Source: Victivallales bacterium | Lineage (GTDB): Bacteria; Verrucomicrobiota; Lentisphaeria; Victivallales; GWF2-50-93 | Assembly (NCBI GenBank): GCA_049297395.1 | Contig: JBAQUG010000455.1 | Location: 16-64,015, forward strand | Reading direction: 5' to 3' | DNA: 64,000 nt | In this document: piece after piece, positions 8,933 through 17,862 of the stretch | Layout: each line of letters starts with the position of its first letter | Numbering within the stretch: the first letter of the stretch is position 1 | The notes under the pieces: model-generated | The model's input: only the letters and a program-made list of their open reading frames with translations | What the model was told of the DNA's origin: nothing | The model's database searches: none | Program-made: the position numbers and the translations under genes

Positions 8933-10039
8933 ATGCATAAAATCAAGGTGAATCTGAAAGAACGTGGATATGACATACTCATAGACACGGGGATTGTCGG
9001 CAGTTCCCGGACCTTGAAAGATCATGTCGCAGGACGCAGATGCCTGGTCATAACCGACAGCAACGTCGCAAAAATCTATGGCCTGTCGGTCCTGAAGACT
9101 CTCAGGAATGCCGGCGCCGACGCTGAGATGATCTTCTTCAAGGCAGGTGAATCCTCGAAAAACCTGGAAACCTATGGAAAGCTCCTCAGGCAGTCTTGCC
9201 GTGCGGGACTTGACCGTTCATCCCTGATTGTCGCCCTCGGAGGAGGAGTTCCCGGCGATGTGGCCGGATTTGTCGCGGCAAGCTACATGAGGGGCATTGA
9301 TTTCATCCAGATTCCGACAACCCTTCTTGCCATGGTGGATTCGAGCGTAGGCGGAAAGACCGGCATTGATCTTCCCGAAGGCAAGAACCTCGTCGGCGCT
9401 TTCTGGCAGCCGAGCCTTGTCCTGATAGATCCCGCGGTTTTGACTACGCTCCCGAAACGCGAAATTCGCTGCGGGCTGGCGGAAGTCGTGAAGTACGGAA
9501 TCATAATGGATGGAAATTTTTTCTCGTTCCTGGAGAAAAATTTAAATGGGATAAGGAATATGGATCAGGGAACATACGGTAGGATAATCGCCAGGTGCTG
9601 CGAACTCAAGGCGAAAGTCGTATTTGCCGATGAACGCGAGACAAGCGGACTGCGCGCAATTCTGAACTACGGACACACTTTCGGTCATGCGGTCGAGACC
9701 GTCACGGAATACGGGAAGTACGCGCACGGCGAAGCGGTGTCAATCGGAATGTGCATGGCTGCGAATCTCGCAGCAGCCTGTAATGAATTTTCACCTGATA
9801 ATAAATTTGCGCTTGAGATGAAGGAGCGTCAAACTAAGCTGCTCAAGGCACTTGGTCTGCCGACTGCTCTCGACAGGGGGATAAAACCTGCGCAAATTTA
9901 TAAGGCCATGTTCAAGGACAAGAAAGTCTCGAAGGGAAAGCTGCGCCTGGTCTTGCCTGACCGCATTGGAAAAGTTTCCATCGTGAAAGACGTGAAACCG
10001 GAAGACGTGTTGAAGGCGATTGAAGCAGTTATCAATTGA
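8933..10039 (+). CDS. aroB: 3-dehydroquinate synthase
   Basis: GGGVPGDVAGFVAASYMRGIDFIQIPTTLLAMVDSSVGGKTGID and HTFGHAVE motifs. The ATG at 8933 has a GAGG 7 nt upstream; the track start at 8927 is TTG. Confidence 0.9.
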   Translation: MHKIKVNLKERGYDILIDTGIVGSSRTLKDHVAGRRCLVITDSNVAKIYGLSVLKTLRNAGADAEMIFFKAGESSKNLETYGKLLRQSCRAGLDRSSLIVALGGGVPGDVAGFVAASYMRGIDFIQIPTTLLAMVDSSVGGKTGIDLPEGKNLVGAFWQPSLVLIDPAVLTTLPKREIRCGLAEVVKYGIIMDGNFFSFLEKNLNGIRNMDQGTYGRIIARCCELKAKVVFADERETSGLRAILNYGHTFGHAVETVTEYGKYAHGEAVSIGMCMAANLAAACNEFSPDNKFALEMKERQTKLLKALGLPTALDRGIKPAQIYKAMFKDKKVSKGKLRLVLPDRIGKVSIVKDVKPEDVLKAIEAVIN

Positions 10040-10057
10040 AAGTCGCGAAGAATTTTT

Positions 10058-10129
10058 GACAGGATAACAGGATTAACAAGATAGAATGCCAAGATGTATT
10101 CAATACCCTGAAAATCCTGTTATCCTGTC
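10058..10129 (+). terminator. 17-bp perfect inverted repeat after aroB (long-loop hairpin, terminator-like element)
   Basis: gacaggataacaggatt (10058-10074) pairs with aatcctgttatcctgtc (10113-10129), leaving a 38-nt loop. Confidence 0.5.
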
Positions 10130-10160
10130 AAGTCTCCATTCTTAAATTAAAAAGCTGAAA

Positions 10161-10673
10161 ATGGAAATAAACGACGAAATCTTCGAAATAGTCGACGAGA
10201 ACAACAAAGTGATCGGCACGGCCAAGCGCAGCGAGTGCCATGGGAATCCTGCGCTTTTACACAGGACCGTGCATGTTATCGTATTCCATCCGGACGGACG
10301 CATGCTGCTGCAGAAGCGTTCGATGGACAAGGACATCCAGCCGGGCAAATGGGATACCGCAGTCGGCGGGCACCTGATGCCAGGCGAGGATTTCGAAATT
10401 GCAGCACACCGGGAAATGCAGGAGGAACTCGGAGTTCCCGTGAACCTGCCTCTGAAATATCTTTTCGATTCCAAGATAAGAAACAGGATCGAATCCGAAA
10501 ACACAAGAGTCTACTCGACCACCTATGAAGGCCCGTTTGATTTCCCAAAGGAAGAGATCGACGATGTGAAGTTCTGGACAGTATTCGAACTCCGCAATGG
10601 ATTGTCCGAAGATTATTTCACTGAAAACCTGAAGGTAGAGTTGGGAAAGATTTTTGAGATGGGGATTATTTAA
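10161..10673 (+). CDS. NUDIX hydrolase
   Basis: Nudix box GGHLMPGEDFEIAAHREMQEELGV fits Gx5Ex7REUxEExGU. Confidence 0.85.
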   Translation: MEINDEIFEIVDENNKVIGTAKRSECHGNPALLHRTVHVIVFHPDGRMLLQKRSMDKDIQPGKWDTAVGGHLMPGEDFEIAAHREMQEELGVPVNLPLKYLFDSKIRNRIESENTRVYSTTYEGPFDFPKEEIDDVKFWTVFELRNGLSEDYFTENLKVELGKIFEMGII

Positions 10674-11152
10674 TAGAAGTTACTTTTTATCGGTCCCGTT
10701 TCTTTTTGTCCAACGACATAAACATAATCTGTCGTCTCTTCGGTTATCTCGTGGTTGTCTTCAAGGAAAGGTCTGGAAACGGATGGACATGTAAACATTT
10801 TTACATTTTCGAGATAACCACCCGAACGTAGCATCTCCAGTCCTTCGGCACCGGTTCTGTCAGGGAATTGTTCTTTGTATTCCTGTGAATACATCCTTAA
10901 CGCAAGCCCGATTGATTGAATATTGCTGGCGCAGCTGAATTTTCTGAATTCCTCGCGATAGGATGGAAATATTAGTGGAATAGATACCAGTGCTATTAAA
11001 CCAAGAACTAATCCAGCAATGAAAAAGTGCCAGTATTTTTGATTTTTCAGATGAATCTTTAGAGCGCCAAAACCAATTCCAATTGCTACTAAAGCGCAAG
11101 GGATAACAAAAAGACCTTCCAAAAGCAGAAGCAGGAGGGAATTGTCTATCAA
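10670..11152 (-). CDS. membrane-anchored pseudopilin-core/DUF1559-like protein
   Basis: TM-rich N-terminus, then CASNIQSIGLALRMYSQEYKEQFPDRTGAEGLEMLRSGGYLENVKMFTCPS, typical of the DUF1559 core. The track start is TTG, and the frame stays open and TM-like for about 60 more codons upstream. Confidence 0.45.
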   Translation of the reverse strand: MIDNSLLLLLLEGLFVIPCALVAIGIGFGALKIHLKNQKYWHFFIAGLVLGLIALVSIPLIFPSYREEFRKFSCASNIQSIGLALRMYSQEYKEQFPDRTGAEGLEMLRSGGYLENVKMFTCPSVSRPFLEDNHEITEETTDYVYVVGQKETGPIKSNFY

Positions 11153-11582
11153 AATCCGGAAGAGGCTATTAACAAGTGGCAGGCAGCTTATGATGCCGGA
11201 TAAAAAGCCAATTGCGGCGGCAATCTGCCAGGAAGTATTGTTTTTCCAGGAAACTGGCGGCTGACACCGCGCACTCCAAAAGATTGCTACGCAATCATAA
11301 AGAAAACTAAAAATAAGATTTCTATGTTCTTAAATTATCCCGATTTGATAATTGCACAAGGAATGCGATTTTTAATACACGCGAGATTTAAGAGGATTTT
11401 CCCGTTTAGGGATGAAAATTACAGAAGCTCTAAGTATTGTAAACGATTATCTTGTTTTTATTTCCAAGTATGGCGTTCCGAGCGCCCAAAACAGCCTCGG
11501 GACGCCTGAGCCAGTTTCGGCGAAACTGGCATACTGGGAACATCTACAAAAACGTTTAATGTAATATTTTCGTAAGAGACTA

Positions 11583-12773
11583 ATGAATCAATCAGATGTA
11601 AAAGCAGCATATCCTTCTCCGGGGGCGCAGGTCTGGGAGAGGTTCAAGAACGACAAGGTCGCACTTGTCGGGACAGGCGGGGTACTTTTTCTTATCCTTG
11701 TCGCCGTTGTTGCTCCGTTCATTGCGAACGGCAGACCGCTGCTGATGTTCCGCGATGGACATCTTTCGTTACCATTCCTGAGATATCTTTTCGCGCCGGA
11801 CACGATTGAAGTGATTGTCGAGAAGTTCTTCAATTATATCCTCTTTTTTTCAGTACCGTCCGCCATTGCATGGCTGGTGTTGAAGAAAAGAAAAGAGTTG
11901 ATGCTCAAGCTTGTCGCCATTTGGGCATTGATACTTGTAGTCCCTTTCATATTTGTGAATCCGCGTCTGGACAAGACCGACTGGCGCCAGGCGTGTTCGA
12001 GCTTGAAGGCAGGCGAATTTGCGATATTCGCAGTGGTTCCCTACGGCCCTTTTGAAAATTGCGCGGAACCTCATTTGAGGCCGGACCGCACACATTATTT
12101 CGGCACGGACCAGATTGGAAGAGATGTATTGTCGAGAATGGTCTACGGGGCGAGGGTCTCGCTCGCCGTCGGATTCCTTGCAACAGGGCTTACGATGTTC
12201 TTCGGCATATTGATTGGGATGATATGCGGATATTTCGGAGGCAGGTTCGATTTTCTGATGATGAGGATTGTCGAGATCATAATGTGTTTCCCCACGTTCC
12301 TCCTCCTTCTCATTCTGATGGCGATAATGATGGACAGGAAATACCAGCAGTCCATACTCCTGGTGATTGCCGTAATAGGTCTTACTTCCTGGACAGGACT
12401 GAGCAGGATTGTCAGGGGCGAGACTCTTCAGCAGCGCAGCCTGCCTTACATCAAAGCCTGTGAATCCATCGGGGTTTCCCTTTGGAATATCATGTTCCGA
12501 CACATCCTTCCGAACATCACCGGACCGATACTTGTGAGCTTTACGTTTGGAATAGCCGGTTCAATTCTCGCGGAAAGTGGACTGAGCTTCCTGGGGTTCG
12601 GTGTCCAAGCCCCGACTGCAAGCTGGGGCGAACTTCTTCGGCAGGCATTTTCAGATCCTCTGAGGTACTGGCATCTGACTCTGTGGCCCGGCCTCGCCAT
12701 TTTCATCGCAGTGGTTTCGTTCAATTTCGCCGGTGAAGGCCTGCACCGCGCATTCGATCCCAAAAGCGATTAA
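11583..12773 (+). CDS. ABC transporter permease, OppC/DppC-like, with a long N-terminal extension
   Basis: The C-terminal 200 aa carry the binding-protein-dependent transport inner-membrane signature region (ACESIGVSLWNIMFRHILPNITGPILV) and YFGTDQIGRDVLSRMVYGARVSL. Confidence 0.8.
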   Translation: MNQSDVKAAYPSPGAQVWERFKNDKVALVGTGGVLFLILVAVVAPFIANGRPLLMFRDGHLSLPFLRYLFAPDTIEVIVEKFFNYILFFSVPSAIAWLVLKKRKELMLKLVAIWALILVVPFIFVNPRLDKTDWRQACSSLKAGEFAIFAVVPYGPFENCAEPHLRPDRTHYFGTDQIGRDVLSRMVYGARVSLAVGFLATGLTMFFGILIGMICGYFGGRFDFLMMRIVEIIMCFPTFLLLLILMAIMMDRKYQQSILLVIAVIGLTSWTGLSRIVRGETLQQRSLPYIKACESIGVSLWNIMFRHILPNITGPILVSFTFGIAGSILAESGLSFLGFGVQAPTASWGELLRQAFSDPLRYWHLTLWPGLAIFIAVVSFNFAGEGLHRAFDPKSD

Positions 12774-12778
12774 AAAAT

Positions 12779-12903
12779 AGGCACAGAGGCACAGAGGCAC
12801 AGAGGCACAGAGTAATAGATTAAAAGGAGAGCCAGGAATAAGTAAAGGCTAGAATTCAAAAGTGTTGAGCTTGCTTTGTGCCTTTGACACTATGTGCCTT
12901 TGA
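12779..12903. repeat. gcacagag x4 tandem 8-mer plus a partly complementary duplicated 14-mer (convergent-gene spacer element)
   Basis: 12781-12812 is gcacagag repeated four times. ctttgtgcctttga (12874-12887) and ctatgtgcctttga (12890-12903) contain near reverse complements of the 8-mer. Confidence 0.8.
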
Positions 12904-12905
12904 AC

Positions 12906-14006
12906 CTATCTGTTCTTCCGGCAGATCTTGATTGCCAGCGCCTCCAGCTCCATCCTTGGAACTGTTGCACCTGACACGAGCGCCTTGTTGACCTCCAGGA
13001 CTTCTGAGATGATGCTTGCGAGCTCCTTGTCGGTGAATCGTTCTGAGGACTCGAATATTTTCCATGCGCGGTAGGGGTTGAGCTTGAAGATGGTGTTGTC
13101 ATTCATGGAGTTCTTGACTTCAGGGGAGGCACTTTGCACCTTTGAAGAAAAATCATTATACTGCGACCGGGGCCTTATTGAAAGTTTCTGGGCCGCAGCC
13201 TTAATCTTTATAAGATCCTGGAAGTGATTCATGACGGCATAGATGACTTTCATTTCTGGATTCTTGCTGTCCATGTTCACAAAGACGTTCAGAATGCCGA
13301 TCGCCTCCTTGAGATTGCGTTCGCCCAGCGCGTTGGAAAACGACCAGCCTGCAGTTTCCGGAGTCCTGCTGCAGATATCCTTGCAGTCGGCCAGCGAGAT
13401 TTCGTTCCTGGGGGTGATATACGCGAAAAGCTTCTGCAGTTCGGATTTCACCCTGCCAGCATCCACGCCTGCTGTTTCAGACACGAATGCGACTGCGTCT
13501 TCGGAGATCCTGACCTTGTTATCGCGGCATGATTCATAGATGACCGAGCGGAGCTTCTCGTTCCAGTCCTTTGACATGATGTCCACCTTCTCGAAGAAAT
13601 GGACCTCACCTGATTTCTGGCATGCCTTGAAGAGGGCTGAACGCCTGTCGACCGACAAGATGCTGAGTATGAGGTCAGTGTCTCCCGGAAGCTCCTTCTT
13701 CAGCGCATCCGTGAAGGACTCCATTATTTCCTCGAACTCCTCGGAATCCTTGAGCTTGCTTATTTTTTCGAAGTCGAGATTCTTCAGCCAGACAGTTTTC
13801 TTCGCGCCCAGGAATGCGGGCGTAGACAGTGACTCGACGATCATGCTGATCGCCTGGACCGGCTTTATGCCATCATTGTCGCCATGGATGATCTCGAGGC
13901 ACGGATCACTTTCGTAGTCCTTGCCGCAGAGTGAAATGATGATCTCGCGCGCCTTGCTCTTGGACGCGTATTCATCGGAACCGGTTATTAAATATAGTTT
14001 TCCCAT
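12906..14006 (-). CDS. holA: DNA polymerase III subunit delta
   Basis: 366 aa. N-terminus MGKLYLITGSDEY, with overall length and helical C-terminal layout typical of HolA. No sharp motif, so moderate confidence. Confidence 0.7.
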   Translation of the reverse strand: MGKLYLITGSDEYASKSKAREIIISLCGKDYESDPCLEIIHGDNDGIKPVQAISMIVESLSTPAFLGAKKTVWLKNLDFEKISKLKDSEEFEEIMESFTDALKKELPGDTDLILSILSVDRRSALFKACQKSGEVHFFEKVDIMSKDWNEKLRSVIYESCRDNKVRISEDAVAFVSETAGVDAGRVKSELQKLFAYITPRNEISLADCKDICSRTPETAGWSFSNALGERNLKEAIGILNVFVNMDSKNPEMKVIYAVMNHFQDLIKIKAAAQKLSIRPRSQYNDFSSKVQSASPEVKNSMNDNTIFKLNPYRAWKIFESSERFTDKELASIISEVLEVNKALVSGATVPRMELEALAIKICRKNR

Positions 14007-14039
14007 AGTCTGTGTAAGTCTGTGGCAGATCCTTTTCTC

Positions 14040-15113
14040 TTAGTCTATTCCCGGGATGAAGGTCTGTCCGGGCTTGAGGGTCAAGATTGTCTCGACCAAC
14101 AGCTTTATAGCGGCTTCCACATCCCTCAGATCGCACATTTCCACGGGTGTGTGCATGTAGCGGTTCGGAATGCTTACCAGGGATGTGGCGACTCCGCCGC
14201 GGGTCAGCTGGATGATCGCGGTATCAGTTCCACCGCTCGCCCTGTAGCCGGCCTTGTCCTGATATTTGATGTTCTTCTTCTTTGCGGTCGCCCTGAGGAT
14301 CTTTGAGAGGACAGGATTGTCGTCGGCGCTCCTGCAGAGTATTGGTCCTTTCCCGAGAGATACGCTGCCAAGGGTCTTCTTTTCTATGTCGGGAGTGTCG
14401 GTGGCGAACCCAACATCGATCGCGAACCCTACGTTGGGGGCGATGCCGAATGCGCTGGTTGTCGCGCCGCGGAGTCCGAGTTCCTCCTGGACGGTTCCCA
14501 CTCCGTAGACCGCGACATTAATCTTCCTTGTGCTGAGTTCGCGCAGGGTTTCGGCGACTACGAATGCTCCGATCTTGTCGTCCATGCCTTTTGAAACGAT
14601 CCTGTTTTTGCCCATCCTGGTAAAGTTGGATTTGACGGCGACCGGATCTCCGACGCGGACGATCTTCTCGGCTTCCTTCTTGTTTTCAACGCCGATGTCG
14701 ACCCAGAGGTTCTTGATCTCAATAGCCTGGCTGCGGTCTTTCTCCTCGGTGAGATGGATAGGTTTTTTGCCGATGACGCCGTGGACTCTCCCTTTCTCAG
14801 TGAGCAATTCGACCTCGGTGCCGGGGACGGTCAGCTTGTCGATTCCGCCTACATTCCTTATATAAAGGAGCCCTTCATCGGCGATATGCACGACCTGGAA
14901 TCCGATCTCGTCGTAGTGCCCGGCAAGCATCACCTTGAAATCCGACTTTTCATTGAGGATTCCGATTGTATTGCCGGTGACATCGGTATACACTTTGCCG
15001 GCGAACTGGGAAAGGTATTTCCTGAAGACTGCTGCGGTTTCTATTTCAAATCCGGACGGGCCGGAGCATTTCATCAGCTGTTCAAGAAAATTCAAACTCT
15101 TTTCAGAAAGCAT
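14040..15113 (-). CDS. M42 family metallopeptidase (FrvX/glutamyl aminopeptidase-like)
   Basis: LAGHYDEIGFQVVHIADEGLLYIRNVGGID, a DDKIG motif and C-terminal HTPVEM are characteristic of M42. Confidence 0.85.
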   Translation of the reverse strand: MLSEKSLNFLEQLMKCSGPSGFEIETAAVFRKYLSQFAGKVYTDVTGNTIGILNEKSDFKVMLAGHYDEIGFQVVHIADEGLLYIRNVGGIDKLTVPGTEVELLTEKGRVHGVIGKKPIHLTEEKDRSQAIEIKNLWVDIGVENKKEAEKIVRVGDPVAVKSNFTRMGKNRIVSKGMDDKIGAFVVAETLRELSTRKINVAVYGVGTVQEELGLRGATTSAFGIAPNVGFAIDVGFATDTPDIEKKTLGSVSLGKGPILCRSADDNPVLSKILRATAKKKNIKYQDKAGYRASGGTDTAIIQLTRGGVATSLVSIPNRYMHTPVEMCDLRDVEAAIKLLVETILTLKPGQTFIPGID

Positions 15114-15220
15114 TTTCTATTCTCCTTGGATTAATTATATTATGGAGGCCGCCCATGGAATCAAGTTGCCTGTGGCCGTCCTGTTTAATATTCCGTATAA
15201 TATAATAAGGATTGTATAAT

Positions 15221-16327
15221 ATGACATTCGATGAACTGAAAGTTTTCCATAAAGATGCGCTGGACCGCATAAAGTATCTGGAGGAGTTCCTCAAGATAAA
15301 GCAGAAACGCCAGGACAAGGCGGATATCGAGACGAAGATGGCCGCTCCTGATTTCTGGGACAGCCGTGAAAGGGCACAGGCGACCGTCGCACAGCTCAGC
15401 CAGTGCAAGAACATCATCGAGCCTTATGAGACCGTAATGAAGAAGGTCCACGACTTCGCCGCGCTTGCGGAACTCGCAGATGAATGCAAGGATGAGGACA
15501 TGCTCAAGGAGGCCGGAAGCACCTGGGAGCTTATCGCAGGGGCGCTCGACAAGCTGGAGCTTGTAAGCTTCCTTTCAGGCAAGTTCGACCGGAACAATGC
15601 TTTCTTCACGATCCATGCCGGGGCAGGGGGTACGGAATCCTGCGACTGGGCTTCAATCCTCCTCCGTATGTACCGCCGCTGGTTTGAAAGACGCGGTTTC
15701 CAGGATGAGATAGTGGAAATGCAGCCCGGCGATGAAGCCGGAATAAAAAGTGTCACACTAAGGGTCTCAGGTGATTTCGTATACGGCAACCTCAAGGCGG
15801 AACGCGGTGTCCACAGGCTTGTGCGGATCTCGCCGTTCGACAGCAATGCGCGCCGTCACACTTCCTTTGCCTCCGTCGAAGCATTCCCCGAGATCGAAGA
15901 AGACATTGAAATCACAATTGATGAAAAGGATTTGAGGGTCGACACATACCGTTCAAGCGGTGCAGGCGGCCAGCACGTCAACAAGACCGACAGCGCGATC
16001 CGTCTGACACATCTTCCCACCGGAGTAGTTGTCTCCTGCCAGATCGAGCGTTCGCAGCATAAGAACCGCGCCACAGCCATGAAGATGCTGCAGGCCAGGC
16101 TCTATGAACTCGAAGAGGAGAAGCGCCGCAAGCAGGCCGAGAAATTCAGCGGTGAAAAAACCGACATGGCCTGGGGCAACCAGATCCGCTCATACGTGCT
16201 GCATCCATATCAGATGGTCAAGGATCTCAGGACCGATGTCGAGACCAGCAATACTCAGGGCGTACTCGACGGCGACCTTGACAAGTTTGTCGAGGCATGG
16301 CTGAAGTCCGGAGGCAAAGGGAAGTAG
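15221..16327 (+). CDS. prfB: peptide chain release factor 2 (single uninterrupted frame)
   Basis: SPF tripeptide (RISPFDS) and GGQ (SSGAGGQHVNKTDSAIR). The ATG at 15221 follows AAGGA at 15207-15211. Confidence 0.93.
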   Translation: MTFDELKVFHKDALDRIKYLEEFLKIKQKRQDKADIETKMAAPDFWDSRERAQATVAQLSQCKNIIEPYETVMKKVHDFAALAELADECKDEDMLKEAGSTWELIAGALDKLELVSFLSGKFDRNNAFFTIHAGAGGTESCDWASILLRMYRRWFERRGFQDEIVEMQPGDEAGIKSVTLRVSGDFVYGNLKAERGVHRLVRISPFDSNARRHTSFASVEAFPEIEEDIEITIDEKDLRVDTYRSSGAGGQHVNKTDSAIRLTHLPTGVVVSCQIERSQHKNRATAMKMLQARLYELEEEKRRKQAEKFSGEKTDMAWGNQIRSYVLHPYQMVKDLRTDVETSNTQGVLDGDLDKFVEAWLKSGGKGK

Positions 16328-16372
16328 CAATCTTTATGTATGGTTTGAATTATTGTCGAGTGAAGCGAGACA

Positions 16373-16503
16373 CTTGGAGTGCGGTAACTTGTTACCGCTT
16401 TGTTTCGCGAAATTCATTTCGCGGTTTATATCTTGGACGGAATGAATTCCGTCATTAAAGGCGGCAATAAATTGCCGCACTCCAAGGTCAGGCTCTGCCT
16501 GAC
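16373..16503. repeat. array of five distinct perfect palindromes at about 26-nt spacing, bracketed by a 12-bp inverted repeat
   Basis: Palindromes: gcggtaac-tt-gttaccgc (16381-98); cgcgaaat-tc-atttcgcg (16406-23); gacggaat-ga-attccgtc (16436-53); gcggcaat-aa-attgccgc (16461-78); gtcaggc-tct-gcctgac (16487-503). Outer repeat: cttggagtgcgg (16373-84) / ccgcactccaag (16475-86). Confidence 0.85.
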
Positions 16504-16539
16504 GTTTAGAAATCAGATTTAATGTTGAAGATATTTTAA

Positions 16540-17829
16540 TTGATAGTGAACTTTATGTTGGTTTTTTATAATTTACTTTTCCCCATAATCCTCCTCCTCT
16601 TCCTGCCCGGGCTGATCTACAAGCTGATAAGGCGCGGCGGAAAAAAAAGGGGATATCTTGAAAGGTTCGGAATTTATTCTGATGAGACGAAGATGTCGCT
16701 GGTGGCGCTGAAGGATCCGGTATGGATACACGCCGTCAGCGTCGGTGAAACCCAGATCGCCCTTAACTTCATTCAGAAGTGGAAAAAACGTAATCCCGTC
16801 CAGGACTTCGTGCTTTCGACCACTACCACTACGGGACAGGAAATCGCCTTCACAAAGGCGCCTGAGGGGACTGTCGTTATCTTCTCCCCGCTGGACTTCT
16901 TCCTGTTCGTAAAGCTCGCGGTCAATTTCATCAGGCCGAAGATGCTTGTGATATTTGAGACCGAACTCTGGCCGAACATGGTCTGCGAAGTTCGCAGGAC
17001 CGGCGCGAAAGTCGCACTTGTGAACGCCAGGATATCCGACAGGTCCGCCGGAAGATACGAAACCTTCAGATGGTTCTTCGGCCCTATTCTCAGACAGATG
17101 ATCTGCATCTGTGCCCAAACAGAACAGGATAAGGTCAGGCTTGACGCCATTTCCGGGAAACTGCCCGTCCAAATACTCGGCAATATGAAATTCGATCAGG
17201 AACTTCCTGCGAAGTTCGCAGAAATTGATTTCGAACAGTATTTCGGAAAAGGCAACTTTATCATCCTTCTCGGAGCAAGCACTCATCCGCGAGAGGAAAA
17301 ACTCATCGCCGGAGCATTCCTGAATCTCAAGAAGAAATATCCAGACCTTCGCTTCATATCCGTGCCGCGCCACGCGGAAAGAGGTGCGGAGATCGCAGCT
17401 GAATTTAATGGCCTTGGATTGTCATTTGCCAGACGCTCTGAAAAGACCATTCCCGAAAAGCCTGTCGAATGCCTGCTTGCCGATACGACCGGCGAACTGC
17501 TGGGCATCATGTCGAAGTCTGACATAGTCATTGTAGGAAAATGTTTTGCCGGACATGACGAGGGGCAGAACATAATTGAGCCCGCCATCCTCGGGAAGGC
17601 TATTGTTACCGGGCCGGAAATGAAGAACTTCAGGTTTGTACACAGAGTACTCAAGGGTGTTCATGGGGTTTTCGCCGTTGAGTCCGACGATAAGCTTGAA
17701 AGCGCCATCGATAAACTTGTTTCAGACGAAAACCACAGGCTCGAGATGGGCGAAAAAGCCAGGAGTGAAATCGCGAAGCACAGAGGGGCGACCGAAAAGA
17801 CAATTCAAGCTTTGGAAAAGATTTTATAA
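16540..17829 (+). CDS. waaA: 3-deoxy-D-manno-octulosonic acid (Kdo) transferase
   Basis: The WIHAVSVGETQIALNFIQ motif and overall GT30 layout. Start is TTG 16540 or ATG 16555. Confidence 0.88.
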   Translation: MIVNFMLVFYNLLFPIILLLFLPGLIYKLIRRGGKKRGYLERFGIYSDETKMSLVALKDPVWIHAVSVGETQIALNFIQKWKKRNPVQDFVLSTTTTTGQEIAFTKAPEGTVVIFSPLDFFLFVKLAVNFIRPKMLVIFETELWPNMVCEVRRTGAKVALVNARISDRSAGRYETFRWFFGPILRQMICICAQTEQDKVRLDAISGKLPVQILGNMKFDQELPAKFAEIDFEQYFGKGNFIILLGASTHPREEKLIAGAFLNLKKKYPDLRFISVPRHAERGAEIAAEFNGLGLSFARRSEKTIPEKPVECLLADTTGELLGIMSKSDIVIVGKCFAGHDEGQNIIEPAILGKAIVTGPEMKNFRFVHRVLKGVHGVFAVESDDKLESAIDKLVSDENHRLEMGEKARSEIAKHRGATEKTIQALEKIL

Positions 17830-17862
17830 AGACGTGATTAGCTACGAACATGAGGTTGTTTT

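Noticed and set aside
11324-11509. 61-aa ORF in the long leader of the permease gene
   Set aside because: It has no SD, odd composition and an AT-rich context. It is probably non-coding.
16381-16503. Possible mini-CRISPR or tRNA-like structure
   Set aside because: The five palindromes all differ in sequence, the spacers are only 7-12 nt, and there is no cloverleaf or conserved tRNA boxes.
16573-17373. 266-aa minus-strand ORF
   Set aside because: It is antisense to waaA, which carries the SVGE motif.
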